64,000 bases of DNA from an uncultured Candidatus Entotheonella sp. Its GTDB lineage: Bacteria > Tectomicrobia > Entotheonellia > Entotheonellales > Entotheonellaceae. The notes under the pieces are model-generated. The model ran no database searches. It worked only from the letters and a program-made list of their open reading frames with translations, and was not told the origin of the DNA. The stretch lies in assembly GCA_965217185.1 (NCBI GenBank), contig OZ244252.1, forward strand, positions 512,001 through 576,000, read 5' to 3'. Positions 20,046 to 30,348 of this stretch are shown piece by piece; positions within the stretch are counted from its first letter, which is position 1; every line of letters begins with the position of its first letter. Made by a program: the position numbers and the translations under genes.

Positions 20046-21299
20046 TTACCGGTACTCACTACTCAGTATTTCTCGCGTGGCGTCCATAATCCTCGGTAAT
20101 GCCAACACCGCCACCGACAGCACCATAATCCCCGTCAGCGCAAAAATCCGAATGGCAAAGACCGGACTGACGTTGGCCGCCAACGCGCCGATCAGCAACG
20201 AGCCTACCGGCCCGGCGCCGATCGCCAGACTGATGACGCCGAGCGCCCGGCCGCGCATCTCGTCCTTGGCGAGGATCAGGACCAGCGTCGATTGCATGGT
20301 GGCAAAGCCCGCCATGCCCAGCCCCAGCAGAAACAGCACCGGGAAGGACACGATGTACCATTCCGATACCGAGAAGGCGAACAATGCCAGCAGCGACAGG
20401 AGCGATCCGCCGACGTAGACCCGCCCGTGGTACCGCAGCCCCACCGCCAAGGCGATGAGCGAGGCGCCGACCGACGAGCCCAGACCCTCCGCCGCCTGCA
20501 AGGTGCCGATCAGTGCCGGGCCGACGTGCAGCACGTCGCGAGCCAGCACCGTCACCATCGGCACATAGGGGAACATCAGCAGGTTGATAATCAGCGTGAT
20601 GAGCACCGTGCCTAGGATGGCGGGATTGCTGCGCACGTACGCGATGCCTTCGAGGAGATTGCGTATTACCGGCTGCCGAGTCGTCGCGCGAGGCTGCCCG
20701 GCGCCGGCGGGGAAGGCCAGCAAAAACGCGTAGCTCAGCGCAGAACACACCGCCACCGCGACCGAGCCGCCTGCCACGCCCGTTAGCCCGATGAATAGTC
20801 CGGCCACGGCCGGCCCGACCATGCGACTGCCGTTCATGCCGATGGCGTCCAAAGCAATGGCGTTGGTTACTACTGTCGGCCCAACCAGATCAAAGATTGC
20901 CGCCCGCCGCGCCGGGAAGCTCAGCGCCCAGCACGCCCCGGTGATCATCACGGCGACATAGGCGTGCCACACCCGCACGGTGTCGGTCAGCATCAGGAGG
21001 GCGAGGACGCAACTCGCCAGCACCGAGATGGCTTGGGTGACCGTCATCAAGCGGCGGCGGTCAACCCTGTCTACCAGCACGCCGCCGACCAGGCCCAGCA
21101 GCAAGGTGGGCAGCATGCTGAAGAAGCCCACCAGCGAGACCAGCCACGGCGAGTCCGTCAGCTCGAGGATCATCCAGGCGAGCAGCGGCATCTGCATCCA
21201 GCGCGAGGTGTAGGAAAAGAAATTGGCCAGCCATAGAGAGGGGTAATGGCGGTATCGGAACGCCCGGAACGGACCTGAGGGATACGGCTCGGAGGTCAT
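20046..21299 (-). CDS. MFS transporter
   Basis: About 12 hydrophobic segments; GVLVDRVDRR motif A. Confidence 0.9.
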   Translation of the reverse strand: MTSEPYPSGPFRAFRYRHYPSLWLANFFSYTSRWMQMPLLAWMILELTDSPWLVSLVGFFSMLPTLLLGLVGGVLVDRVDRRRLMTVTQAISVLASCVLALLMLTDTVRVWHAYVAVMITGACWALSFPARRAAIFDLVGPTVVTNAIALDAIGMNGSRMVGPAVAGLFIGLTGVAGGSVAVAVCSALSYAFLLAFPAGAGQPRATTRQPVIRNLLEGIAYVRSNPAILGTVLITLIINLLMFPYVPMVTVLARDVLHVGPALIGTLQAAEGLGSSVGASLIALAVGLRYHGRVYVGGSLLSLLALFAFSVSEWYIVSFPVLFLLGLGMAGFATMQSTLVLILAKDEMRGRALGVISLAIGAGPVGSLLIGALAANVSPVFAIRIFALTGIMVLSVAVLALPRIMDATREILSSEYR

Positions 21300-21454
21300 T
21301 GAATCCCCAGGCGGCCAAGGGTTGGGTGGGGAATCACAAGGTTCCGGCAGTGTAGGTCCGGTCTTGGATTGGTGTCAAGGCGGGCCGGGGATATGGTAAA
21401 TTGCCCCGGTTTGGCGACCCGGACTTGGCGCGGCGAGATGGAGGGAGTCCTGCG

Positions 21455-23095
21455 ATGGCGGATTGGTATGAGAAACGCACCCTCGGTAGCCTGCCCGACA
21501 GCATGGCGCGCAAGCTGCCGGATCGGGAAGCGTTGGTTTTCGAGGCGCGGCGATTCACCTTTGCCGAGGTGGCGGCGGAGGTCGACCGCGCAGCCAAGGC
21601 GTTGATGGCCCTCGGTGTGCGCCAGGGCGATCACGTCTGCCTGTGGCTCAACAACTGCGACGACTGGATCTTCATCCTATACGGTTTGGCGAAGATCGGC
21701 ACCGTCCAGGTTCCGATCAACACCCGTTTCCGCACCCGCGACCTAGCCTACGTGCTGCATCAGTCCGATAGCGTGATGCTGATCACCCATGACGTCTCTG
21801 GCCCCGTGGATTACCTCGACATGGTGCGGCAGGTTGTCAGGTTGCCGGCCGAGGGAGCGGAGGTGTCGGACCCCGATTATCCCCGATTGAAGCGCGTGGT
21901 AATTGTTGGCGATGACGTGCACCCCGGCACCACCGCATGGCACGCCGCCCTGCAAGCCGGCGCCGCCGTTTCGGACGAAGAGTTGCGCCAACGCGCCGAC
22001 GCGGTGGACTGCGACGCCCCGGCGCTCATCATGTACACCTCGGGGACCACCGGCTTTCCCAAGGGTGTCGTGCATACCCACAACCTGGTGCGTAACGTTG
22101 AGGAACGGGCCTATCGCCTGGCCGTGACGCCGCGCGACGTCATTCTCAATTACCTGCCGCTGTTTCACGCCTTCGGCTATTCCGAGGGCGCCCTGACGTC
22201 CATGCTCACCGGCGCCAAACAGATCGTCACGCCCACCTTCGAGGCGCCCGCCTGCCTGGATCTGATCGAGCGCAAGGGCGTCACCTTGATGCACGGCTTC
22301 GAGACCCATATGAAGGACCTTTGCGACGCCCAGGAGCGCCGGCCCCGCGACCTGAAGACGTTGCGAACCGGGTTGTTTGCCGCCGGCATGCACAGCGCCA
22401 CCCCGATCTGCCGTCGTGGCGCCCGGCTGCTGGCGCCCTTCAAGGCCCTCTCCGGGTACGGCATGACCGAGGTGTGGATCGGCGCTGCCCTCGGCGCCCT
22501 GGACGACGACGAAACGCGCCGTACCGAATCGTCCGGTTACCCGGCGCCCGGCTACGACATGCGCATCGTCGATCCTGACTCCGGCGCCGAGCTTGGCGCC
22601 AACGTGCCCGGCGAATTACAAGTGCGCGGTTACTGCCTCATGCTCGGCTATTACAACAAGCCCCAGGAAACGGCGGCCTGCTACACCGCGGACGGCTGGT
22701 TCAAGACCGGCGACACCGCTTATTGGCGCGATGACGGCTACCTGCGTTTTCTGGGGCGTTACAGGGACATGCTGAAGGTAGGCGGGGAAAACGTCGATCC
22801 GATGGAGGTCGAGGGATTGCTCCTGGAGCATCCCGGCATCAGCCAAGTCGCGGTTGTGGGCCTCGCCGATGCCCGGCTCACCGAGGTGCCCGTCGCCTTC
22901 GTGCAGCCCGCTGCGGGGCACGTCCTAGAAGCCGCCGCGGTCATCGACTACTGCCGCGGCAAGCTGGCGAGCTTCAAACTGCCGCGCTACGTCGTGTTTG
23001 TCGATGATTTCCCGATGACGGCGTCGGGTAAGATTCGCAAGACCGAACTACGGGAGCAGGCCCGGCAAATCCTGGGCAACGATAGCGAGACCTGA
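21455..23095 (+). CDS. Acyl-CoA synthetase / AMP-binding protein
   Basis: YTSGTTGFPKG, GYGMTE, WFKTGD and SGKI. Confidence 0.92.
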   Translation: MADWYEKRTLGSLPDSMARKLPDREALVFEARRFTFAEVAAEVDRAAKALMALGVRQGDHVCLWLNNCDDWIFILYGLAKIGTVQVPINTRFRTRDLAYVLHQSDSVMLITHDVSGPVDYLDMVRQVVRLPAEGAEVSDPDYPRLKRVVIVGDDVHPGTTAWHAALQAGAAVSDEELRQRADAVDCDAPALIMYTSGTTGFPKGVVHTHNLVRNVEERAYRLAVTPRDVILNYLPLFHAFGYSEGALTSMLTGAKQIVTPTFEAPACLDLIERKGVTLMHGFETHMKDLCDAQERRPRDLKTLRTGLFAAGMHSATPICRRGARLLAPFKALSGYGMTEVWIGAALGALDDDETRRTESSGYPAPGYDMRIVDPDSGAELGANVPGELQVRGYCLMLGYYNKPQETAACYTADGWFKTGDTAYWRDDGYLRFLGRYRDMLKVGGENVDPMEVEGLLLEHPGISQVAVVGLADARLTEVPVAFVQPAAGHVLEAAAVIDYCRGKLASFKLPRYVVFVDDFPMTASGKIRKTELREQARQILGNDSET

Positions 23096-23105
23096 GCAGC
23101 CGGTC

Positions 23106-24074
23106 TCACGCCGACGGGGGTTCCAACAGAGCATTGACCTCGGCAACTTCCTCAGCGCTCAGCGTCCACTCGATGGCCTTGACGTTGCTCAGCAAGTGCT
23201 CCAGCCGCGTGGCGCCGGTAATTACCGAGCATACCTGCGGCTGCGCCAGCAGCCACGCTTGCGCCAATTCGTTCAACCCGTGTCCGCGGGCTTCGACCCA
23301 GGATTGCAGGCGTTCAACGGTGTCGTAATACGGGTCCTGCATGTATTTCTGCACCTGCGCACTGAACTCTCCGCGAGATCCTGACGGCGCCGCCTCGCCG
23401 CGTCGGTACTTGCCGGTGAGAAAGCCGCCGGCCAGCGGATAGTAGGGCACGAAGCCGACGTTGTGGGCTTGGCAATAAGGCAGGACCTCGCGTTCGACGT
23501 AGCGTTCCAGCATCTGATATTCGGACTGAATGGCCACGAAGGTCGACCAGCCCCGAAGCTCGGCGATGGCGTTGGCCCTGGCCAGTTGCCAGGCCGCGAA
23601 GTCCGAACAGCCGATGTACCGCACCTTGCCCATGCGCACCAGGTCGTCCAGGCCGCGCAGCGTTTCCTCCACCGGGGTCTGCGGGTCCCAACGGTGCACG
23701 TAATACAAGTCGATGTAGTCGTTCTTCAGCCACTTCAGACTCTTTTCTACCTGGTGCATCATGTGATAACGAGAGGCGCCGCGGTCGTTGGTGCCATCGC
23801 CGGTGGCGATGACGAACTTGGTGGCAACCACGAACTTGTCCCAACGGCCCTTGAGTGCCTTGCCCAGGGTCTTCTCCGATTTGCCCTTGGCCCGGATTCC
23901 GCCATGTGCCGGGTAGATGTCTGCCGAGTCGATGAAGTTGATGCCCAAGTCCTGCGCCGCGTCGATGATCCGGTTGACCTCGTCCTGCGGCAGCACCTTG
24001 GCGCCGAAGCGATTGGTGCCCAGCCCGATGACCGATACCCGCACACCGGCGGGGCCTAGTTGTCGGTATTCCAT
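23106..24074 (-). CDS. Aldo/keto reductase
   Basis: GINFIDSADIY, IDLYYVHRWD, GKVRYIGCS and PLAGGFLTGKY. Confidence 0.92.
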   Translation of the reverse strand: MEYRQLGPAGVRVSVIGLGTNRFGAKVLPQDEVNRIIDAAQDLGINFIDSADIYPAHGGIRAKGKSEKTLGKALKGRWDKFVVATKFVIATGDGTNDRGASRYHMMHQVEKSLKWLKNDYIDLYYVHRWDPQTPVEETLRGLDDLVRMGKVRYIGCSDFAAWQLARANAIAELRGWSTFVAIQSEYQMLERYVEREVLPYCQAHNVGFVPYYPLAGGFLTGKYRRGEAAPSGSRGEFSAQVQKYMQDPYYDTVERLQSWVEARGHGLNELAQAWLLAQPQVCSVITGATRLEHLLSNVKAIEWTLSAEEVAEVNALLEPPSA

Positions 24075-24111
24075 GAAAGGTTCCTTTCCGGTTCGTTGTT
24101 GTTCAGACCTT

Positions 24112-24762
24112 CTATTCTGGATTGCCTTCCCTCGAGATGGTCTCGCGTACCCAAGCCCCTACGCTTTGCCACCAGTCGGGTCGAGATGCTGTCAGGCTAT
24201 CCCGCACAAACGCCGTCAACTGGGTACCGGACAGGCCTGGAATGACTACGCTGTCCTCAATTTCCACATACGACCCACCCGCCAGCCGGTACATCTGAAC
24301 CGTACCGTGCTGATGTCGCCATATTTCGGGTACGCCCAAAGCGGCATAAATCGGTAATTTGTCCAGTGACCCTTGCGTCACGTCGATTTCGATAACGAGA
24401 TCCGGAGGTGGGTCGCTGTTCAGGTCGATGCGTGTTAATCCGCGTATTCGGGCCGCGTGCTCCACATAATAGGATGCGTCCGGCTCGAATCCGCGCGCCA
24501 CGCCCTGATGTCGGAAGGTCGTGGAGCCGGCCGGAGCATAATCCTGCTTGCGCGCATCCATGAGGGCTTCGGCCACCCTTGTCACAATGTTCCCGACATG
24601 TTCATGCTCATAACTCGGCGTCACGATTTCCAACATCCCTTGGTCGAATGCCATGCGCGTTTGCCGATGGTCGCCGCCGTCGGCCAGCAATGCCTCGTAT
24701 GTTTCCCAACTGACACCATCCATCAGCACCGGCTGATCGACCGGCTGTATCACGGTTGCCAT
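24112..24762 (-). CDS. Uma2 (DUF820) family endonuclease-fold protein
   Basis: GVSWETYE, EPDASYY, PPDLVIEID and YAALGVPEIW. Confidence 0.9.
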   Translation of the reverse strand: MATVIQPVDQPVLMDGVSWETYEALLADGGDHRQTRMAFDQGMLEIVTPSYEHEHVGNIVTRVAEALMDARKQDYAPAGSTTFRHQGVARGFEPDASYYVEHAARIRGLTRIDLNSDPPPDLVIEIDVTQGSLDKLPIYAALGVPEIWRHQHGTVQMYRLAGGSYVEIEDSVVIPGLSGTQLTAFVRDSLTASRPDWWQSVGAWVRETISREGNPE

Positions 24763-24883
24763 AATATCCTCCAAAGCACGAGGAATGCCGCGCGGAGTGG
24801 GCACCCTGGACACCCGTTGGCGGAAGCGATAGGGTAGGGTAAGATATTAACCCGCACAAGCCAAACACGGGAGACCTCATTCC

Positions 24884-25609
24884 ATGGCCAATCGTGACGA
24901 CATTAAGCAGCGCATTCACCGGGGCGACGTGCTCATCGGTGTTTCCGCGCCCGTGACCGCAAGCAAGAGCCAGCTTGAAGACATCCTGGGCAAGGACGAC
25001 TACGCCTTTGTTTCCACCGACAGCCAGCACTCGGCCTTCAACGAAGAGACCCTGGTGCGATTCTGTAATTTTGCCGACGAACTCGACGTGCCCGTGCAGT
25101 TCCGTATCAAGCACACCTACCACAGCTATCTCATCGGCAACGTCCTCGACCTCGGTCCGGCGGGCATCGAGGTGCCGCAGGTCGAAGAGCCGGCCACCGT
25201 CGACGAAGCCCTCAAGTATTTCTACTATCCGCAGCAGGGGAAGCGCAGCTGGGGCGGCGTGGCGCGCTGGAAAATCGACGGCAATGACGACCGCCTGGCT
25301 TACGCCGATTGGTGGAACACACACGGCTGGCTATGCCTGCAGATGGAATCCATCCAGGCCGTCAGCAATGCCCGCCACCTCGCCAAACTTGGTGTCGACT
25401 GCCTCACCTGGGGACCAAACGATCTGCGCTACGACATCGAGGCCCACCCGCAGCACCCGTTCCGCACTGTGGACGATTGCGTGCAACATGCCCTCAAGCA
25501 ACTCGAAGGCAGCACCACGCGTATCTCCTTCCGCAGCTACGATCCCGCCCTGCGCAACAAATACCTCGACATGGGCGTCACCATCCTTATGGAGAGCCCC
25601 AAGCCGTAA
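24884..25609 (+). CDS. HpcH/HpaI aldolase family protein
   Basis: DSQHS, VLDLGPAGIEVPQV, QMES and GPNDL. Confidence 0.85.
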   Translation: MANRDDIKQRIHRGDVLIGVSAPVTASKSQLEDILGKDDYAFVSTDSQHSAFNEETLVRFCNFADELDVPVQFRIKHTYHSYLIGNVLDLGPAGIEVPQVEEPATVDEALKYFYYPQQGKRSWGGVARWKIDGNDDRLAYADWWNTHGWLCLQMESIQAVSNARHLAKLGVDCLTWGPNDLRYDIEAHPQHPFRTVDDCVQHALKQLEGSTTRISFRSYDPALRNKYLDMGVTILMESPKP

Positions 25610-25650
25610 CCATCAACCATGAGCTTGCGGAAAGTCACAGGTAGAAACAT

Positions 25651-26415
25651 ATGGCAGATGCAGCAGAAGAGTTCTCAGGCAAAATCGCCATTGTAACGGG
25701 CGCCGCACGAGGTATGGGGTACGCCGTGGCGAAACGGCTTGCTGCCGGCGGTGCCAGCGTCGTTATCAATGACATTAACGCTGAGGCGGCGGCACGAGCG
25801 GCATCTGATCTGCACGCCCTCGGTCATGTAGCGCTTGCCGTGCCCGGAGACGTCACATCTGGCCAAGATGTGGGCCGACTCGTGGCGAGGGCGGTGGACC
25901 ATTATGGAGAGGTACATATCTTAATCAACAACGCCGGGATACTCCGCCCAACGCCCGTCATCGACATCCAGGAAGACGAGTGGGACCTGGTCGTCAACGT
26001 GAACCTAAAGGGAACGTATCTGTGCTCCAGAGCCGTGTTGCCTGGCATGCAAAAGACGGGCTGGGGACGTATCGTGAATTTTTCTTCCACCGCCGGCAAA
26101 AACATCAGCACCGTGGGCGGCGCCCACTATACGGCGGCTAAGGCAGGCATTTTAGGATTCACGCGCCATCTGGCTAAAGAGGTCGCGCGGTATGGCATCA
26201 CGGTCAATGCCGTCTGTCCTGGTCTGATCGATACCGAGATGGTCAGATCTACCATCAGCGCTGAGCGAGCCCGGGCATACGCCGACAGTTTCCCGATCAA
26301 CCGCTTGGGAGAGCCCTTCGAAGTCGCCGAACTGGTGGCTTTTCTGGCCTCCGATCGAGCCGCCTATATCACCGGGGCGTCGCTAGATATCAACGGTGGC
26401 GATCTCATGATCTAG
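25651..26415 (+). CDS. Short-chain dehydrogenase/reductase
   Basis: TGAARGMG, NNAG and YTAAK. Confidence 0.92.
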   Translation: MADAAEEFSGKIAIVTGAARGMGYAVAKRLAAGGASVVINDINAEAAARAASDLHALGHVALAVPGDVTSGQDVGRLVARAVDHYGEVHILINNAGILRPTPVIDIQEDEWDLVVNVNLKGTYLCSRAVLPGMQKTGWGRIVNFSSTAGKNISTVGGAHYTAAKAGILGFTRHLAKEVARYGITVNAVCPGLIDTEMVRSTISAERARAYADSFPINRLGEPFEVAELVAFLASDRAAYITGASLDINGGDLMI

Positions 26416-26445
26416 AGGGTAGGCCAAGCCTCCGGAGAATCAGGC

Positions 26446-27417
26446 ATGCAACGCATACTGGTTACGGGTGCAGCCGGACAAATTGGCTCCGAATTGGTGC
26501 CCGAACTGCGACAACGGTATGGCAACGCCAACGTCATTGCCGCGGGTCACCACACTTCCTTGCCTGCTGACATCCGACAGGCCGGCCCTTGCACAACCAT
26601 TGACATATCAGACCATGCGCAAATTGACCGGGCCATCAAAGCCTACGAGATCGACACGATCTACCACCTGAGTTCGATCCTCTCCGCATTGGCCGAGCAA
26701 CGGCGCCGGGTGGCGTATCGCGTTAATATACAAGGGCTTTACAATATCCTGGAGGCTGCCGCAGACAATGGCCTTGAACGGGTCATCATTCCCAGCTCCA
26801 TTGCAGCCTTCGGGCCGGATACCCCTGGTGATCGCACCCCCAATGAGACCATACAGAAGCCCAACACGCTTTACGGCATCTCCAAGGTCTTTGGGGAACT
26901 CATGGGCAATTACTACTTCCATCAACTTGGATGCGACGTTAGAGGGGTCAGGCTGCCCGGCATCATCAGCTGGAAGACCGAACCAACGGCTGGAACGACC
27001 GATTACGCCGTGGCGATTTTCTATGGCGCCATACGTCAGCGCCACTACACCTGCTACCTGAAGCCAGACACCTTTCTGCCGATGATGTATATGCCGGATG
27101 CCATCCTGGCCCTCATACAGGTTGCTGAAGTGGATGGGAAGCGATTGCATCATCACGCCGATTTCAACGTCAATGCAATGAGTTTCACACCCTCCCGTCT
27201 TGCCAACGCCATACAATCCAGGCTTCCAGAATTCCGCATCGATTATCGCATCGATCCGCTCCGCCAAGCGATTGCCGATTCCTGGCCGAATTCCTTGGAC
27301 GACTCAGCGGCAAGATCGGAATGGGGTTGGCAACCGAATTTTGATATGGACGCCATGGTTGACGACATGCTGGAAAACCTGACCAGGAAGCTTGCCGCAC
27401 CAGAGGGGTCTGGATAA
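26446..27417 (+). CDS. Extended SDR, L-threonine 3-dehydrogenase-like
   Basis: TGAAGQIG, PSSIAAFG, YGISK, GTTDYAV and RQAIADSWP. Confidence 0.82.
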   Translation: MQRILVTGAAGQIGSELVPELRQRYGNANVIAAGHHTSLPADIRQAGPCTTIDISDHAQIDRAIKAYEIDTIYHLSSILSALAEQRRRVAYRVNIQGLYNILEAAADNGLERVIIPSSIAAFGPDTPGDRTPNETIQKPNTLYGISKVFGELMGNYYFHQLGCDVRGVRLPGIISWKTEPTAGTTDYAVAIFYGAIRQRHYTCYLKPDTFLPMMYMPDAILALIQVAEVDGKRLHHHADFNVNAMSFTPSRLANAIQSRLPEFRIDYRIDPLRQAIADSWPNSLDDSAARSEWGWQPNFDMDAMVDDMLENLTRKLAAPEGSG

Positions 27418-27443
27418 AGAAGCCATATCAAGAGACTGGAGGG

Positions 27444-28241
27444 ATGTATATGGACATGGGATTGCAAGGTCGGGTGGCGATTGTTGGCGGCGCTAGTCGG
27501 GGACTGGGGCGCGCCTGTGCCATGGGACTGGCCCAAGAGGGCGCACGGGTCGCCATCAGCAGTCGCCGTGAAGAGCCGTTACAGGCAGCGGCGCAGGAGA
27601 TTCGTTCGGCCACTGGTGTGGAGGTGCTCGCTGTGCCCGGTGATCTCTCCTGCTTGGCCGATATCCAGAACTTGATCCAGCGCACCGTCGACCACTTCGG
27701 ACGCCTCGACATCGTGATCAGCAATTCCGGTGGACCGCCAGAGGGCAGGGCGGTAGACACGAGCGAGGATAACTGGGAGCGCGCCATCCAGATGGCGTTG
27801 CAATTTTTCATCCGCATGAGCCGTGAGGCCGTACCGCACCTCAAGCAGCAGTCATGGGGCCGCATCATCAACATCCTGGCCAGCACCGTGTATCAACCCA
27901 TCGACAATCTGGCGACCTCAGGCGTGACCCGCTTAGGTGCAGTGGCCTTCGCCAAGAGTCTGGCTGATGAAGTAGGCCGGGACAACATCCTTGTCAACAA
28001 CGTGGCGCCTGGCTTCCTACTCACCGATCGCATGATGGATCTCTTCAAGACCAGAGCACGGGAAACGGATACGGACCTGGACACCGTGTTGCAAGCGCGC
28101 GCTGCGACGATACCCCTGGGCCGGTTCGGACAGCCCGAAGAGTTGGCCAATCTGGTGACGTTTCTGGCCTCGGAAAAGAATAGCTACATGACCGGCACCA
28201 CTATCCTGGTGGACGGTGGCGTTGTCCGGTCGGTCATGTGA
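27444..28241 (+). CDS. Short-chain dehydrogenase/reductase
   Basis: GASRGLG, NSGGPP and IPLGRFGQPEE. Confidence 0.88.
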   Translation: MYMDMGLQGRVAIVGGASRGLGRACAMGLAQEGARVAISSRREEPLQAAAQEIRSATGVEVLAVPGDLSCLADIQNLIQRTVDHFGRLDIVISNSGGPPEGRAVDTSEDNWERAIQMALQFFIRMSREAVPHLKQQSWGRIINILASTVYQPIDNLATSGVTRLGAVAFAKSLADEVGRDNILVNNVAPGFLLTDRMMDLFKTRARETDTDLDTVLQARAATIPLGRFGQPEELANLVTFLASEKNSYMTGTTILVDGGVVRSVM

Positions 28242-28247
28242 GGCGCC

Positions 28248-29150
28248 TTAACCTTTCTCGTGCTCGGCGAAGAAAGCCAGCAATTCCGCTGCAGTTTCCT
28301 GCGGGCGTTCTTCGGGAAGGAAATGGCCGCAGTCGATGCCTTTCCCGCGGACGCTGTGGGCGCGCTCCAGCCACGTGTCGAGCATGTTGAGCTTAGCACC
28401 GGTTTGCCAGCCGGGGCGTCTTGTCATGTTGGCGCCCCAAAGAACCAGAACCGGGCAATCCAGCTTGCGGCCGCGGTCGGCGTCGTCGTGTTCCAGGTCG
28501 AGTGCGATGGCCCGGTAATCCCCACAGGTGGCGCGGATCGTCTCGGGGTTGTCAAAGCAGCGCAGGTATTCGGCATAGGCTTCGGGCGTGATGGCTCCGG
28601 TCACGTCGGTCCACTGTCCCAGCAGAAAATCCAGGTACACCTTGGCGCTGTTGCCGATCAACGTTTCCGGCAGCGGCGACGGCTGGCGCATCAAGTTCCA
28701 GTGAAACCACGAATACGCCATCTGACTGTCCATGGCTTCGAAGGCCGCCTGCGACGGCACGACGTCGAGCGAGGTGAGGCTGCGCACGCGCCCCGGATGA
28801 TCCAGCGCCAGACGGTGACTGACCCGCGCGCCGCGGTCGTGCCCGACGAGGTGGAAGGCGTCGAAACCCAGTGCCGCCATCACCTCGACCTGATCCTGCG
28901 CCATGCTGCGTTTGCAATACACGCTGTGGTCCCCCGCCGCGGCTGGCGGCTTATCGCTGTCGCCGTAACCCCGCAGGTCGGGCGCCACGACGGTGTGCCG
29001 TTCGGCCAGCAAGGGCGCTACTTTGTGCCATTCGACGTGGGTTTGCGGATAGCCGTGCAACAGCAGGACCGGCGGCCCGCTGCCGCCGTGCGACACGTGG
29101 ATGCCCACGCCGTTCACCGTCAGTCGGGTCCGGGTAAAGCTGTCGAACAT
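28248..29150 (-). CDS. Alpha/beta hydrolase, fluoroacetate-dehalogenase-like
   Basis: HGYPQT, GHDRGARV, WFHW, DYRA and CGHFLPEE. Confidence 0.8.
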   Translation of the reverse strand: MFDSFTRTRLTVNGVGIHVSHGGSGPPVLLLHGYPQTHVEWHKVAPLLAERHTVVAPDLRGYGDSDKPPAAAGDHSVYCKRSMAQDQVEVMAALGFDAFHLVGHDRGARVSHRLALDHPGRVRSLTSLDVVPSQAAFEAMDSQMAYSWFHWNLMRQPSPLPETLIGNSAKVYLDFLLGQWTDVTGAITPEAYAEYLRCFDNPETIRATCGDYRAIALDLEHDDADRGRKLDCPVLVLWGANMTRRPGWQTGAKLNMLDTWLERAHSVRGKGIDCGHFLPEERPQETAAELLAFFAEHEKG

Positions 29151-29203
29151 CGGTCATTGCTCCTGGAGATTCAAGGGGGAGGTGATGCTAGGGATGGATA
29201 GCG

Positions 29204-29234
29204 TCCCTTGTTCCCCGCCAAGGGGAACAAGGGA
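29204..29234. repeat. Perfect 13-bp stem inverted repeat
   Basis: TCCCTTGTTCCCC-GCCAA-GGGGAACAAGGGA just downstream of the NHL gene stop. Confidence 0.7.
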
Positions 29235-29251
29235 ACGTGTTGTGGTAGGAA

Positions 29252-30280
29252 TTAGTTCCGCTGATAAATCTGCAGCCGGTGCCGGTTCGTCTCCGCGACG
29301 TACAGCCGATTGTCTGCGTCCACCTTGACCGAAACCGGTCCCCAGAAGTAGGGCTCGATCTGCGAAGAAATTTGGTAGGGCGTTTCGAGGTGCGACGGTA
29401 AAGACGGCGTCAAGTCGGCTATCTCCCGCGTTTCCTTCTCGTCGGGGTTGACCGCAAAAAACTCCGCGGCCCACTTCGACAGCGTCGCCTGGCCCCGCAA
29501 CAGTTGCTGGAAACTGCCGTCCGGTCTCAGCACCTGTACCCGTTCGTTGCCCCAGTCCGCCACGTAGATGTTGGCGTCCGCGTCCACCGCCACGCCGGAG
29601 GGTCGGCTGAGTTGGCCGTCGCCGTCACCCGAGTTGCCGAACGACGTTACAAACGTCCCGTCGTCGGTAAATTTCTGGATACGGTCGTTTCGCCAATCGG
29701 CCACGTATACGTGGCCGTCCGCGGCGCATAGCCCCCACGGCATGTTGAACTGCCCGTTGCCGGCGCCCTTCTCGCCCCACTGGCCCACGTACTGACCGTC
29801 TTTCGTGAATTTCTGGATGCGGTGATTGTTCTGGTCCGCGATATACACGTTGTCGTCGGCGTCAATGGCAATGCCGGCTGGCCCGTTCACTTGTCCGTCG
29901 CCGCTGCCCATCGCGCCCCACTTGCCCAGGAAAGTCCCGGACGTGTCGAAAATCGATATCCGGTGGAGATGCTCGTCCGTGACGTACAGCCGCTCCTGGC
30001 TGTCCAACGCCATCGCCACTGGCAGTCCAAACTGGCCGTCACCGTCTCCAAACCCGTTGCCGAACTCGCCCAGGTATTCCTCATTGAGATTGCAAATGCC
30101 GATCCGAATGGCCGCCGCCCGTGCCGGGTCGCAGCGGTTCAGCACGAAGATGCGGCCGGCGCGGCTCACCACCACGTCGTGCGGGTTGGCAAAACCGCGA
30201 CCGTTATCGCCGTTGTTCACGATGCCGATGGTCTTGAGGTATGCCATCGTCACGCCCTGCATCACGCCTTGCGTACTCAC
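29252..30280 (-). CDS. NHL-repeat beta-propeller protein
   Basis: Repeated G.GDGQF..P..[IV]A.D...[LIV]Y[IV]AD..N.RIQ.F units. Confidence 0.9.
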   Translation of the reverse strand: MSTQGVMQGVTMAYLKTIGIVNNGDNGRGFANPHDVVVSRAGRIFVLNRCDPARAAAIRIGICNLNEEYLGEFGNGFGDGDGQFGLPVAMALDSQERLYVTDEHLHRISIFDTSGTFLGKWGAMGSGDGQVNGPAGIAIDADDNVYIADQNNHRIQKFTKDGQYVGQWGEKGAGNGQFNMPWGLCAADGHVYVADWRNDRIQKFTDDGTFVTSFGNSGDGDGQLSRPSGVAVDADANIYVADWGNERVQVLRPDGSFQQLLRGQATLSKWAAEFFAVNPDEKETREIADLTPSLPSHLETPYQISSQIEPYFWGPVSVKVDADNRLYVAETNRHRLQIYQRN

Positions 30281-30302
30281 GCCTCAACCTCCCTTTTGAT
30301 AT

Positions 30303-30338
30303 AAAAACGGGCGGGCTGTAAAAATCAAGGCCCGCCCG
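30303..30338 (-). terminator. Intrinsic terminator after the DUF1800 gene
   Basis: Minus strand CGGGCGGGC...GCCCGCCCG followed by TTTTT. Confidence 0.7.
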
Positions 30339-30348
30339 CTACACGCCA

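Noticed and set aside
29154..29474. 106-aa minus-strand ORF
   Set aside because: Alternate frame overlapping the NHL gene end and an intergenic hairpin.
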